Shown here piece by piece: positions 52,614 through 61,999 of a DNA stretch of 64,000 nucleotides. Position 1 is the first letter of the stretch; the number at the start of each line of letters is the position of its first letter. The notes under the pieces were generated by a model, which was given only the letters and a program-made list of their open reading frames with translations, did no database searches and was not told the DNA's origin. Origin of the DNA: Enterococcus alcedinis (GTDB taxonomy: Bacteria > Bacillota > Bacilli > Lactobacillales > Enterococcaceae); contig NZ_BMDT01000001.1 in NCBI RefSeq assembly GCF_014635985.1, positions 157,293 to 221,292 of the forward strand, in the 5' to 3' direction. A program made the position numbers and the translations under genes.

Positions 52614-54050
52614 ATGAAAGTATTATATACAGCATTTGAATGTGCGCCGTTTTTCAAAACCGGTGGACTAGGAGATGTTGCGGGTGCTTTGCCAAAAGCA
52701 TTGCATAAAAAAGGTATCGAGACAATTGTTGTCTTACCTTACTTCTCTTTTATACCAGATCGCTTTAAGGACGAATGTCAAGATGTGGCGAATTTTACTT
52801 TAGAGGTTGGCTGGCGTCAACAGTATTGTGGCATTAAACAGCTAGATTTCCAAGGTATTCGTTATTATTTTATCGATAATTTGTATTATTTTGATCGCGC
52901 TGAAATTTACGGTTACGATGATGATGTTGAACGCTTTGCTTTTTTTCAATTAGCTGTTATTGAATTAATGAATCGGATTGATTATATTCCTGATGTGCTG
53001 CACGTCAATGATTATCATACGGCGATGATTCCTTTTTTATTAAAAGAAAAATATCATTGGGTTGAAGAATATCAAGCGATTCGTACCGTTTTGACGATTC
53101 ATAATATTGAGTTTCAAGGGCAATATTCGTCTGAAATATTAGGTGATTTATTTGGTGTCGGTCAACGACGTTATAATGAAGGCGTGATACGTTGGCACAA
53201 CCAATTGAACTTCATGAAGGCCGGTATTGCGTATGCCAATCACGTGAACACAGTCAGTCCGTCATACGCTGAAGAAATTAAAACATCCGAGTTTGGTGCT
53301 GGATTAGAAATTATCTTACAGATGGAACATCAGAAGTTATCCGGTATCTTAAATGGAATTGATTACGAAACGAATGATCCAACAACCGATCCATCACTTG
53401 TCGCTCATTTTGAAGTCGATGATTTAACGGGCAAGGGGTTGAATAAAGCCGAGTTGCAACGAATCATGGGATTGCCAGAAAAATCGGATGTTCCAATCGT
53501 TGCCGTCGTTAGTCGCTTAACTTATCAAAAAGGCTTCCACCTATTGCTTGAAGAGTTAGAGCATCTTTTACAATTTGATTTACAATTTGTGTTATTAGGA
53601 ACAGGTGATCCACGATTTGAAGCCGCATTCCGTCAAATTACGGCTCGATATCCGGAAAAAAGTGTCGCGAAAATCACGTTTGATGTGACCCTTGCGCAAA
53701 AAATCTATGCAGGTGCGGATCTATTCTTAATGCCTTCGTCTTTTGAGCCATGTGGATTATCGCAAATGATTGCGATGCGTTATGGTACATTGCCCGTTGT
53801 CCATGAGATTGGGGGGCTAAAAGATTCTGTGCACCCATTTAATCCAGTGACAGGGGCTGGGACGGGTTTTGGTTTTGAAGAATTCACAGGGTTTTATCTA
53901 ACGCAAAGCGTAAAACAGGCGCTAGAACTTTATCAAAAATCGCCAAATGTTTGGAAAAAAATTCAACGACAAGCAATGACAACAGATTTTAGTTGGGATA
54001 CAAGTTGCCAAAGTTATATTGATTTATATAATCGGCTGTTATCTAAATAA
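52614..54050 (+). CDS. glgA: Glycogen synthase (GT5).
   Basis: MKVLYTAFECAPFFKTGGLGDV, the canonical GlgA N-terminus with the KTGGL motif. The upstream part of the track ORF overlaps glgD. Confidence 0.9.
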   Translation: MKVLYTAFECAPFFKTGGLGDVAGALPKALHKKGIETIVVLPYFSFIPDRFKDECQDVANFTLEVGWRQQYCGIKQLDFQGIRYYFIDNLYYFDRAEIYGYDDDVERFAFFQLAVIELMNRIDYIPDVLHVNDYHTAMIPFLLKEKYHWVEEYQAIRTVLTIHNIEFQGQYSSEILGDLFGVGQRRYNEGVIRWHNQLNFMKAGIAYANHVNTVSPSYAEEIKTSEFGAGLEIILQMEHQKLSGILNGIDYETNDPTTDPSLVAHFEVDDLTGKGLNKAELQRIMGLPEKSDVPIVAVVSRLTYQKGFHLLLEELEHLLQFDLQFVLLGTGDPRFEAAFRQITARYPEKSVAKITFDVTLAQKIYAGADLFLMPSSFEPCGLSQMIAMRYGTLPVVHEIGGLKDSVHPFNPVTGAGTGFGFEEFTGFYLTQSVKQALELYQKSPNVWKKIQRQAMTTDFSWDTSCQSYIDLYNRLLSK

Positions 54051-54127
54051 AAGAACTACAGACAGCTAGAACGACTCTAAGTCTTCGTTTTGGCTGTCTT
54101 TTTTTATCGAAAGTATGAGGGGGGGAT

Positions 54128-56539
54128 TTGATGTTGACGAAGAAAGCACTAGTCCGTGAATTAAGAAAAAACTTACAAGAAGATTACGCCATTGAATTAG
54201 AAGATGCAACATCTGAAGAAATCTTTTTTAGTTTGGGAAGTACAATCAAAGGGATCTCAAATGAACAGTGGCAAAAAACGTGGAAAAATTATTTGAAGGA
54301 ACAACAAAAGCAAGTCTATTATTTTTCTATTGAATTTTTACCAGGAAAATTATTAAAGAGTAATTTATTGAACTTAGGCTTATATGATTTGGTTAAAGAA
54401 ACATTGGCTGATTTAGCGATTGATTTAGAAGAGATTGTCGAGCAAGAAAAAGATATGGCGCTCGGCAATGGAGGGTTAGGACGACTGGCATCTTGCTTTA
54501 TGGATGCGATCGCGTCAAAAGGATTACCGGGAAATGGAAATGGTATTCGTTACGATTATGGTTTGTTCAAACAACAATTTGTTGATGGCTATCAAGTCGA
54601 ATTGCCTGATGATTGGTTGAAAAAAGGGAATGTTTGGGAGATTCGTCGTGACAGTAAAGCTGTAAACGTTCATTATGGAGGCGATATTTCTTTTACGAAG
54701 AAAACCAATGGGCATTTAGCTGTTGTCGCTGAAAATCAACGTATTTTAAGAGCGGTGCCTTATGATACCGGCATGGTTGGTTATCAAAATGGGATTGTAA
54801 ATACGATGCGTTTATGGGGTATTGAGATTCCTTATGCGGAAGAAGGGAAGTACCGCAGCATTGAAGAACGCCGTGTATTCGAAGATTTAACAGCTGTACT
54901 ATATCCAGATGACTCGAATGAACGTGGGCGCTTTATTCGTTTAGCGCAAGAGTATTTCTTTGTTTCAGCGGGAATTCAAAGCATTTTACGTTACTACCAA
55001 CGTTTGGATTTACCGGCAAGTGTTCTGAGCGAGAAGATAGCGATTCATATCAATGATACTCATCCAGCTTTATGTATTCCCGAATTCATGCGGATTTTGT
55101 TGGATGAATGGGAGCTTAGTTGGGAGCAAGCGTGGGATTTAACTGGGAAAGTCATGAGTTATACGAATCATACGATTTTAGCTGAAGCTTTGGAGAAATG
55201 GCCGGTCAAACTAATGAAACAAGTGGTGCCTCGTATGTATCAAATTATTGAGGAGATTGATCGCCGTTACGTGCTTTCAATGGCGACGATTCATCCAGAA
55301 GCACTCGTTCAACGGACGCGGATTATCCAAGGTCAAACGATTCATATGGCGCACCTTGCGATTATTGGTAGTCACAGTACGAACGGTGTAGCAAAACTAC
55401 ATTCTGATCTTTTGAAATCGGTTGTGTTACATGATTTTTACTTGATTTACCCTGATCGCTTCAATAATAAAACCAATGGGATTGCTCAACGACGTTGGCT
55501 GCAACTAGCCAATGAGCCGTTAAGTCAAGTGCTTGATGAAACGATTGGTCAGACATGGCGTAAAAATCCAAATGATTTAAGGTTGTTATTGAATTATCAA
55601 AATGATACGACTGTTTTAGAAAAAATTGGTCAGGCAAAAGCCAGTAAAAAGATCCAACTTGCGACTTACATTGAAGAAACAACAGGGATTTTAATCAATT
55701 CAGATGCGATTTTTGATGTTCAAATAAAACGGCTACATGCTTATAAACGTCAGTTGCTGAACTTATTGCATATTTTAAAACAATATTTTGAGTTAAAAGA
55801 TCAACCAAATAAAAAAATTCATCCGAGAGTTTATATTTTTGGAGCAAAGGCTGCACCAAGTTATCATTATGCCAAATCAATTATTAAAACGATTAATGCA
55901 GTAGCGGAATTAATTAATAATGATGCAACAATCAATGATCAAATTAAAATTGTCTTCTTGCCGAACTATAATGTGTCTTTAGCTGAAAAAATTATTCCGG
56001 CGGCAGATGTGAGTGAACAAATTTCACTTGCCTCAAAAGAAGCTTCGGGAACAAGTAATATGAAACTCATGTTAAATGGGGCGATTACTTTGGCGACACT
56101 GGATGGTGCAAATATAGAGATTCGCGATGCAGTCGGGGATGACAATATTGTTATTTTTGGACTATCAGAAGCACAAGTCTATGCCTATTACGAGAACCAA
56201 TCCTACTCAGCTAGAGAAATTTATGAAAATAATCCGACGATTCAACGGGTTTTAAATGCTTTGATTGATGGTGAAATTCCCAACATTGAACAAGAAGGTC
56301 GTGAAATTTATGATTCATTGTTAGTCTATAATGATGAATATTTCTTATTAAGAGATTTCGATTCTTATTGTGCGGCTCAAAATAAAATCGAGCGAATGTA
56401 TCAAGAGAAAGAACAATGGCAACGACAGTGTTTGATTAATATTGCTAATGCAGGTACCTTTTCTGCTGATCATACTGTTCAGCAGTATGCCGATGATATA
56501 TGGCATATTGAACCGCTCTTTGCTCATCAATCGAAGTAG
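54128..56539 (+). CDS. glgP: Glycogen/maltodextrin phosphorylase (GT35).
   Basis: 803 aa. PLP-binding region EASGTSNMKLMLNGA. Confidence 0.9.
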   Translation: MMLTKKALVRELRKNLQEDYAIELEDATSEEIFFSLGSTIKGISNEQWQKTWKNYLKEQQKQVYYFSIEFLPGKLLKSNLLNLGLYDLVKETLADLAIDLEEIVEQEKDMALGNGGLGRLASCFMDAIASKGLPGNGNGIRYDYGLFKQQFVDGYQVELPDDWLKKGNVWEIRRDSKAVNVHYGGDISFTKKTNGHLAVVAENQRILRAVPYDTGMVGYQNGIVNTMRLWGIEIPYAEEGKYRSIEERRVFEDLTAVLYPDDSNERGRFIRLAQEYFFVSAGIQSILRYYQRLDLPASVLSEKIAIHINDTHPALCIPEFMRILLDEWELSWEQAWDLTGKVMSYTNHTILAEALEKWPVKLMKQVVPRMYQIIEEIDRRYVLSMATIHPEALVQRTRIIQGQTIHMAHLAIIGSHSTNGVAKLHSDLLKSVVLHDFYLIYPDRFNNKTNGIAQRRWLQLANEPLSQVLDETIGQTWRKNPNDLRLLLNYQNDTTVLEKIGQAKASKKIQLATYIEETTGILINSDAIFDVQIKRLHAYKRQLLNLLHILKQYFELKDQPNKKIHPRVYIFGAKAAPSYHYAKSIIKTINAVAELINNDATINDQIKIVFLPNYNVSLAEKIIPAADVSEQISLASKEASGTSNMKLMLNGAITLATLDGANIEIRDAVGDDNIVIFGLSEAQVYAYYENQSYSAREIYENNPTIQRVLNALIDGEIPNIEQEGREIYDSLLVYNDEYFLLRDFDSYCAAQNKIERMYQEKEQWQRQCLINIANAGTFSADHTVQQYADDIWHIEPLFAHQSK

Positions 56540-56551
56540 GAAGGAGCTTTT

Positions 56552-58354
56552 ATGAGCACAATCTATTTTAATCCTTGGAAGACGTTATATAAAAAACCTT
56601 TTGGTGCGTCTATTTGTGACCAAGTTATTCAATTTCAAATTCGTGTTACCGAACCGCAGGTGACAAACGTTTATTTAGTGATTCATAAAGATTTTGGTGA
56701 GACAATGCATCTGTTGTTAACAGCAGGGCAAGATAGTTTTTATTCTGGCGAATATTGCTTAAATCAAGGGAAAGGACTTTATTTTTATCATTTTGAAATT
56801 CAAGTAAAGGATCAAGCGATGCCCTTGTTCTATGGTGCCTATCAAGGAGGAGAGGGACGGATCGAAAGTAATCGAAAAAATCTTTGGGAATTTCAAATAA
56901 CCTGTTATCAGACACAAGAGATCTCCGCTACTTGGTATCGAGAGGCGGTTTTCTATCAAATTTTTCCAGATCGATTTTTTAATGGGAATCCGAATCAAAT
57001 AATCAATCAACCGAAAGCGAATACGTTTCTTTATGCGACGCCGGAAGACCAACCAATGTATATTAAAAATCCGGCCGGTGAAATTCTAAGATGGGATTTT
57101 TTTGGGGGAAATTTAAAAGGGATTCAAGCAAAAATTCCATATTTGAAGGAGTTAGGAATTACGGCTATATATCTAAACCCCATTTTTGAAGCAAATAGTA
57201 ATCATCGTTACGATACATCAGATTACTTTATGATTGATCCTATTTTAGGTACGTTAGAGGATTTTGAAGCGTTAATTGAAGCGTTGCAAGTGAATGGTAT
57301 CCGAGTGATGTTAGATGGTGTCTTTAGCCATGTCGGACAAAATAGTCGTTATTTTAATCGTGATGGGTCTTATGGTCTGGGGGTTGGCGCCTATCATAAT
57401 CCGAAAAGTCCCTATTTCTCATGGTTTCAATTTATAAAATATCCTGATCAGTATCAATCATGGTGGGGGATTGAGGATTTACCGACGATTGATAAATGGA
57501 ATACAGATTTCCAACAAATGATTTACGGTAGCGACCATAGTGTAATTGATTACTGGACAAAACGTGGTGTCGACGCTTGGCGTCTCGATGTTGCAGATGA
57601 GCTTCCTGATTTATTCATCCAGGGAATTCGTGAAAGACTCAATCAATATTCGGAAAAAGTGTTGATCGGCGAAGTTTGGGAAGATGCTTCGAATAAGATT
57701 TCTTATCAACAACGACGCCAGTATTTGCTAGGTGAACATTTACAAGGTGTTATGAACTATCCATTACGGAGTGCGATTTTGGCTTTGTTGAATCAAACGA
57801 ACACTACAGAACAAATTGCACGAATGTTGACAACTCTTATTGAAAACTATCCGAATGCAGTACTGTATAATAATTTGAATAGCTTAGGAACTCATGATAC
57901 GGAACGGATTTTGACGATGTTAGATCAAGATTTAAAGAAATTGAATCTAGCTTTTGCTATCTTGTTTTATTTTATCGGAGTCCCTTGTGTTTATTATGGT
58001 GATGAGGCTGGACTAACGGGGCATAAAGATCCCGAAAATCGTCAATTCTTCCCATGGAAGCAAAGTAATCTAGTTACTTTAGCTATTTGTAAAAAATGGA
58101 TTGCTGTTCGAAAAGAGAATCCTATTTTAATTGAAGGAACGATTGATCTTTTTTATACATCTAATTTATTTGGTGTTTTACGAGTGAAAGGAAACGATTA
58201 TGAAGCTTTGATTGTGAATCCAACGAGTCAAGCCCAGAGTATCTCGGAAGCCCTGGTGTTTATGACAGAGCCAGCTATTGTTGGGATTCATATTCAAGAA
58301 AAGTTACAAGGGGCGACGATTGCGGCATTTGATTGTCTCCGTTTGGTGAAGTAA
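56552..58354 (+). CDS. GH13 alpha-amylase-family enzyme (neopullulanase/cyclomaltodextrinase-like).
   Basis: N-terminal beta domain, then GH13 conserved regions (DGVFSH; GVDAWRLDVADE; EVWED; LGTHD). Confidence 0.8.
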   Translation: MSTIYFNPWKTLYKKPFGASICDQVIQFQIRVTEPQVTNVYLVIHKDFGETMHLLLTAGQDSFYSGEYCLNQGKGLYFYHFEIQVKDQAMPLFYGAYQGGEGRIESNRKNLWEFQITCYQTQEISATWYREAVFYQIFPDRFFNGNPNQIINQPKANTFLYATPEDQPMYIKNPAGEILRWDFFGGNLKGIQAKIPYLKELGITAIYLNPIFEANSNHRYDTSDYFMIDPILGTLEDFEALIEALQVNGIRVMLDGVFSHVGQNSRYFNRDGSYGLGVGAYHNPKSPYFSWFQFIKYPDQYQSWWGIEDLPTIDKWNTDFQQMIYGSDHSVIDYWTKRGVDAWRLDVADELPDLFIQGIRERLNQYSEKVLIGEVWEDASNKISYQQRRQYLLGEHLQGVMNYPLRSAILALLNQTNTTEQIARMLTTLIENYPNAVLYNNLNSLGTHDTERILTMLDQDLKKLNLAFAILFYFIGVPCVYYGDEAGLTGHKDPENRQFFPWKQSNLVTLAICKKWIAVRKENPILIEGTIDLFYTSNLFGVLRVKGNDYEALIVNPTSQAQSISEALVFMTEPAIVGIHIQEKLQGATIAAFDCLRLVK

Positions 58355-58438
58355 GTCAAGAATCTTTCTTAAAATACTGTTTCCTTAACAAGAAAGTATG
58401 GTAAGATAAAGGAAATCTTTTTTAAAGGATGAGAAACG

Positions 58439-59170
58439 ATGAGAGAAGAGCAAGAAATTAAACGAAAACACACTTGTTTCCCAGCTTATTCAGATGAAAC
58501 AGGAGTCAAAATTAAAAGAGAAGAAAAACGAACGCCTTTTTCAAGTGATGAGAACTGGATTTTAACCGAGGAAAGCGAAACACCTTTTTACTCTAAAAAA
58601 GAGAATAATAAAGGAGGATTGAAAGATTTACGTCGCTCAAACCGAAGTGTTGCTAGTAAAGCCGGTCACTCAATTCGTCAAAAAGAAGAGTTGAAACGCC
58701 ATCGTTCGAATTTACCGGATTACTCAAAAAGAGTTGAGATGGAAGTGACGAAGACAGGGAAACGACAATTTTTTGGTGACGCACCGAAGCAGGCTTCTTA
58801 TTTAGTTAAAGAAAAAGCAGCAGAGAGTGTCCCATCAGTCAAACGTCAATATTCGGGTCGTTCTTACTTTGTACCTAAATATATCCCAGCATCAATTATT
58901 CCAGAAGAACAAGATACGACAATCACTGAGAATCAATTACTGGATTCGATGGAAAAAGCGACTGAGAGCTATTTATTATTCGATACCGATTTGACACCTT
59001 ATCAAGAACGTAAAGATGGCGATCCTAGCGTGCGTAAATTTGGTACTGAAAAAGAAATACGAGAAGCAACTGAAAAAACACAGAAAAAGAGAATGCGACT
59101 AGAACGCTCGCTAGAAGGTATGATTGAGCAAGAGCGTGATGATTTAACAGAAGGAAAATATTTTAAGTAA
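58439..59170 (+). CDS. Hypothetical, highly charged, low-complexity protein of unknown function.
   Basis: 243 aa, rich in K/E/R/S/T, with no hydrophobic segment. Good RBS (AAAGGATGAG). Closed by a 13-bp stem terminator. No recognisable domain. Confidence 0.5.
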   Translation: MREEQEIKRKHTCFPAYSDETGVKIKREEKRTPFSSDENWILTEESETPFYSKKENNKGGLKDLRRSNRSVASKAGHSIRQKEELKRHRSNLPDYSKRVEMEVTKTGKRQFFGDAPKQASYLVKEKAAESVPSVKRQYSGRSYFVPKYIPASIIPEEQDTTITENQLLDSMEKATESYLLFDTDLTPYQERKDGDPSVRKFGTEKEIREATEKTQKKRMRLERSLEGMIEQERDDLTEGKYFK

Positions 59171-59174
59171 AAAA

Positions 59175-59230
59175 TAGACAAAAGAGAACCTTTTATTGAA
59201 AAAAGGCATGCTCTTTTGTCTATTTTTATT
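59175..59230. terminator. Bidirectional rho-independent terminator between the convergent genes.
   Basis: atagacaaaagag…ctcttttgtctat 13-bp stem flanked by A/T runs. Confidence 0.75.
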
Positions 59231-60443
59231 TTTGTTTATATGTTTCTAAGAATTGGCGCATACGTTTTGTCATTGATTCCAGTTGGTCCATATTTGGGAG
59301 GTATACAATCCGAAAATGATCAGGTGTATGCCAGTTAAAACCACCGCCATGAACGAGAAGAACTTTATGTTCATGTAGAAAATCTAAAACAAATTTTTCA
59401 TCATCATAAATATTAAAGCGTTTCGTATCAATTTTTGGAAAAAGATAAAAAGCGGCTTTAGGTTTGACTGCTGAAAGTCCAGGGATGTCGTTAATAGCAT
59501 TATAAATAAATTCTCTTTGTTCATAAATTCGCCCGCCAGGCAGCATAAGTTCATCTGCACTTTGGTGCCCACCTAGAGCAGTTTGAACGATTTGTTGAGA
59601 AAGAACATTTGAGCAAAGACGCATAGAAGACAACATATTGAGGCCCTCGATATATCCTTTTATATTCGATTTATCGCCACTAATTGCCATCCATCCAACG
59701 CGGAAACCAGCCACTCGATGCGATTTTGATAAGCCGCTAAAAGTTATGACAGGTCTATCAGGTGCTAAAGCTGCAATATGAATGTGTTCATGTCCGTCCA
59801 TTAATAAGCGGTCATAAATTTCATCTGAAAAAATAATCAAATCAAATTCGCGAGCAATTTTAACAATTTCTTCTAAAATTTCCTTTGGATACACGGCGCC
59901 TGTTGGATTATTTGGATTAATTAAAACAATCGCTTTGGTCTTCGATGTTATTTTTGAGCGGATATCAGCGACATCTGGATTCCATTCACTTTGCTCATCG
60001 CAAATATAATGAACGGCTTTGCCTCCAGCTAATGAAATAGAGGCTGTCCAAAGTGGATAGTCAGGCATAGGTACGAGAATTTCATCCCCATTATTACACA
60101 AACCTTGCATCGACATGGTAATGAGTTCACTCACACCGTTACCAGTATAAATGTCGTGAATCGTTAAATTGGGGAATTTTTTGACTTGGTAGTATTGCTC
60201 GACCGCTTTGCGGGCAGAAAAAATCCCTTTAGAATCTGAATAGCCTTCAGATTCTCTAACATTTAAAATCAAATCACGCACAATTTCATTAGGCGCTTCA
60301 AATCCGAAAGTCGCGGGATTTCCTGTATTTAATTTTAAAATACTGATCCCTTCATCTTGCATACGATCGGCTTCTTCTAAAACCGGTCCTCGAACATCAT
60401 AACTTACCCCATTAAGCTTTGTTGACTTTTCAAATTTTCTCAT
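59226..60443 (-). CDS. alaT: PLP-dependent aminotransferase, class I (AlaT/AlaA-like).
   Basis: Fold-type I aminotransferase motifs (NPNNPTG; SKS..VAGFRVGW, with the PLP lysine). Start at MRKFEKS (60443) with RBS AGAGGGAAA. The longer track ORF (to 60467) has no RBS. Confidence 0.85.
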   Translation of the reverse strand: MRKFEKSTKLNGVSYDVRGPVLEEADRMQDEGISILKLNTGNPATFGFEAPNEIVRDLILNVRESEGYSDSKGIFSARKAVEQYYQVKKFPNLTIHDIYTGNGVSELITMSMQGLCNNGDEILVPMPDYPLWTASISLAGGKAVHYICDEQSEWNPDVADIRSKITSKTKAIVLINPNNPTGAVYPKEILEEIVKIAREFDLIIFSDEIYDRLLMDGHEHIHIAALAPDRPVITFSGLSKSHRVAGFRVGWMAISGDKSNIKGYIEGLNMLSSMRLCSNVLSQQIVQTALGGHQSADELMLPGGRIYEQREFIYNAINDIPGLSAVKPKAAFYLFPKIDTKRFNIYDDEKFVLDFLHEHKVLLVHGGGFNWHTPDHFRIVYLPNMDQLESMTKRMRQFLETYKQK

Positions 60444-60578
60444 TGATTTCCCTCTTTTCAATCCCATTAAATGATTTCTATTATAACAAAGATATTGTCA
60501 AACATACCATTTTTTTTGTTAAATCAATCGGTTATTTTAAGAGTTTTTAGAAAAAAACAGAAAAACATTCAATTCATA

Positions 60579-60607
60579 TTGACAATCCTGTTATTTATCG
60601 GTACTAT
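60579..60607 (+). promoter_or_regulatory. Sigma-A-type promoter for tRNA-Leu.
   Basis: TTGACA, a 17-nt spacer, then TACTAT, about 30 nt upstream of the mature tRNA 5' end. Confidence 0.45.
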
Positions 60608-60639
60608 TTTGTTATTGTCATTATTAAATGATGAAGATT

Positions 60640-60720
60640 GCGGTCGTGCTGGAACGGCAGACAGTCACGGTTGAGGGCCGTGTGAGGAAACTCGTGTGGG
60701 TTCAAATCCCATCGACCGCA
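60640..60720 (+). tRNA. tRNA-Leu (anticodon GAG), class II with a long variable arm; the 3' CCA is not encoded.
   Basis: Hand-folded. Acceptor stem GCGGTCG/CGACCGC. Anticodon stem CACGG/CCGTG with loop TTGAGGG (GAG at positions 34-36, G37). 13-nt variable arm. T-arm GTGGG-TTCAAAT-CCCAT. Discriminator A followed by TAA, so no CCA. Confidence 0.75.
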
Positions 60721-60729
60721 TAATTAAAT

Positions 60730-60774
60730 AAACCTATGTATTCACGAAAAGTTGTGAATACATAGGTTTTTTTA
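60730..60774. terminator. Rho-independent terminator after tRNA-Leu; also lies downstream of the convergent small gene.
   Basis: aacctatgtattcac…gtgaatacataggtt 15-bp stem followed by TTTTTTT. Confidence 0.75.
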
Positions 60775-60784
60775 TTTCTTTATT

Positions 60785-60964
60785 TTAGTCAGTTAATTTT
60801 TGACAAATCTTTTTACTAACAACCATTCTGCCATTGTATTTTTCAATGATTTCTTCAGAAGGTTCTTTAACTTCAATTAAAAATGAATTTTCGTACTCCT
60901 TCTCAATAAGACCTAATAAAGTGGCATTTTCCCACTTGAATGTTACGTTTGTTTGCGTTTCCAT
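60785..60964 (-). CDS. Small cytoplasmic protein (DUF2187/YkvS-like?).
   Basis: 59 aa from METQTNVTFKWENATLLGLIEKEYENSFLIEV… Start at 60964 with a GGAG RBS; the track's GTG at 61000 has no RBS. The family assignment is from memory and is uncertain. Confidence 0.45.
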   Translation of the reverse strand: METQTNVTFKWENATLLGLIEKEYENSFLIEVKEPSEEIIEKYNGRMVVSKKICQKLTD

Positions 60965-61093
60965 GACCAACACTCCAATCGATTGTCTAGTATGATGCAC
61001 ATTTTTAAAATAGTTTCTATTTTTGTATTATGTTACAAAATATGGTAAATTTAAAATGCAAATTCGCATATTTTGAAGATGAGGGGTGAAGGG

Positions 61094-61927
61094 ATGTCAA
61101 ATAAACAAGAATCACTTGGTGAAACGTTAAAAAATTTGCGGAAAGCGCATCGAATGACACAAAAAATGTTAGCAGAAGGTATTTGTGCGCAAAGTTTAAT
61201 TAGTCGAGTAGAAAATAATGAAGAATTACCAAATGTTGTCATTTTACAACAAATTTGTCAGCGACTAGATGTCACATTGGATCAATTAATGCAATTTGAA
61301 TCAGAAGAAATCCATGGAAGAAATGACCGATTCAATAAAATTCATCATCATTTTATTCAGAAAAATTATTTGAAACTTGCACAATTATTAAAGGATGAGA
61401 GTCTGCTAAGTACTCTTTATTTAGAAGCCGATTTTCAAAGATACGATTACTATTTGAGTATTTGCGCCTTTCATGTTGATAAGAAACCAATTAAAGCCTT
61501 AGAGCTTTTAAAAAAAGCTATCTCATCGACACATAACCGAGAGAGTCTGAATCTTTCAACGATTGAAATTCAAATGATGAGTGATCTAGGGCGAATGTAC
61601 CATCAAAAAGGTCAACTGGAATTAGCATTAGTTGAATTAAGAAAAGTCTATCAGTTGGTAGATGGTTTGCCAGAGGAAAGAAGGACATTTGAACTAAATA
61701 AAGTCTATTATTATTATGGTGATGTGTTATTTGAGTTAGAGCATTATGAAGAATCTTTCGAAATTGTCCAAGAAGGAATGGCCTTAGCGCAGCAATTTTG
61801 TAGCTATTATTATTTAGAAGAGTTATTCATGCTAAATGGACAGCTGCTACAAGAAACGCAGCAAATCGCAGAAGCAACAGAATATTTCTTTTTAGCAAAA
61901 ATGGTTCAGCGAATTGTCCAAGACTAA
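61094..61927 (+). CDS. Rgg/GadR/MutR-family transcriptional regulator (XRE-HTH plus a C-terminal helical repeat domain).
   Basis: N-terminus LGETLKNLRKAHRMTQKMLAEGICAQSLISRVENNEELPNVVILQQICQRLDVTLDQL is a classic Rgg/PlcR-type HTH. About 278 aa. Start at MSNKQ (RBS GAGGGGTGAAGGG). Confidence 0.75.
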   Translation: MSNKQESLGETLKNLRKAHRMTQKMLAEGICAQSLISRVENNEELPNVVILQQICQRLDVTLDQLMQFESEEIHGRNDRFNKIHHHFIQKNYLKLAQLLKDESLLSTLYLEADFQRYDYYLSICAFHVDKKPIKALELLKKAISSTHNRESLNLSTIEIQMMSDLGRMYHQKGQLELALVELRKVYQLVDGLPEERRTFELNKVYYYYGDVLFELEHYEESFEIVQEGMALAQQFCSYYYLEELFMLNGQLLQETQQIAEATEYFFLAKMVQRIVQD

Positions 61928-61999
61928 TGCGTGCTGAGCTTGACATTAAAAAAAAATAGGAGTACTTTAACTATAGTAATCAAATAAGGGGCGAGCTTA

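Noticed and set aside
60471-60674. 67-aa ORF in the alaT/tRNA intergenic region.
   Set aside because: It overlaps the tRNA-Leu promoter and the first 35 nt of the tRNA itself, and has no RBS.
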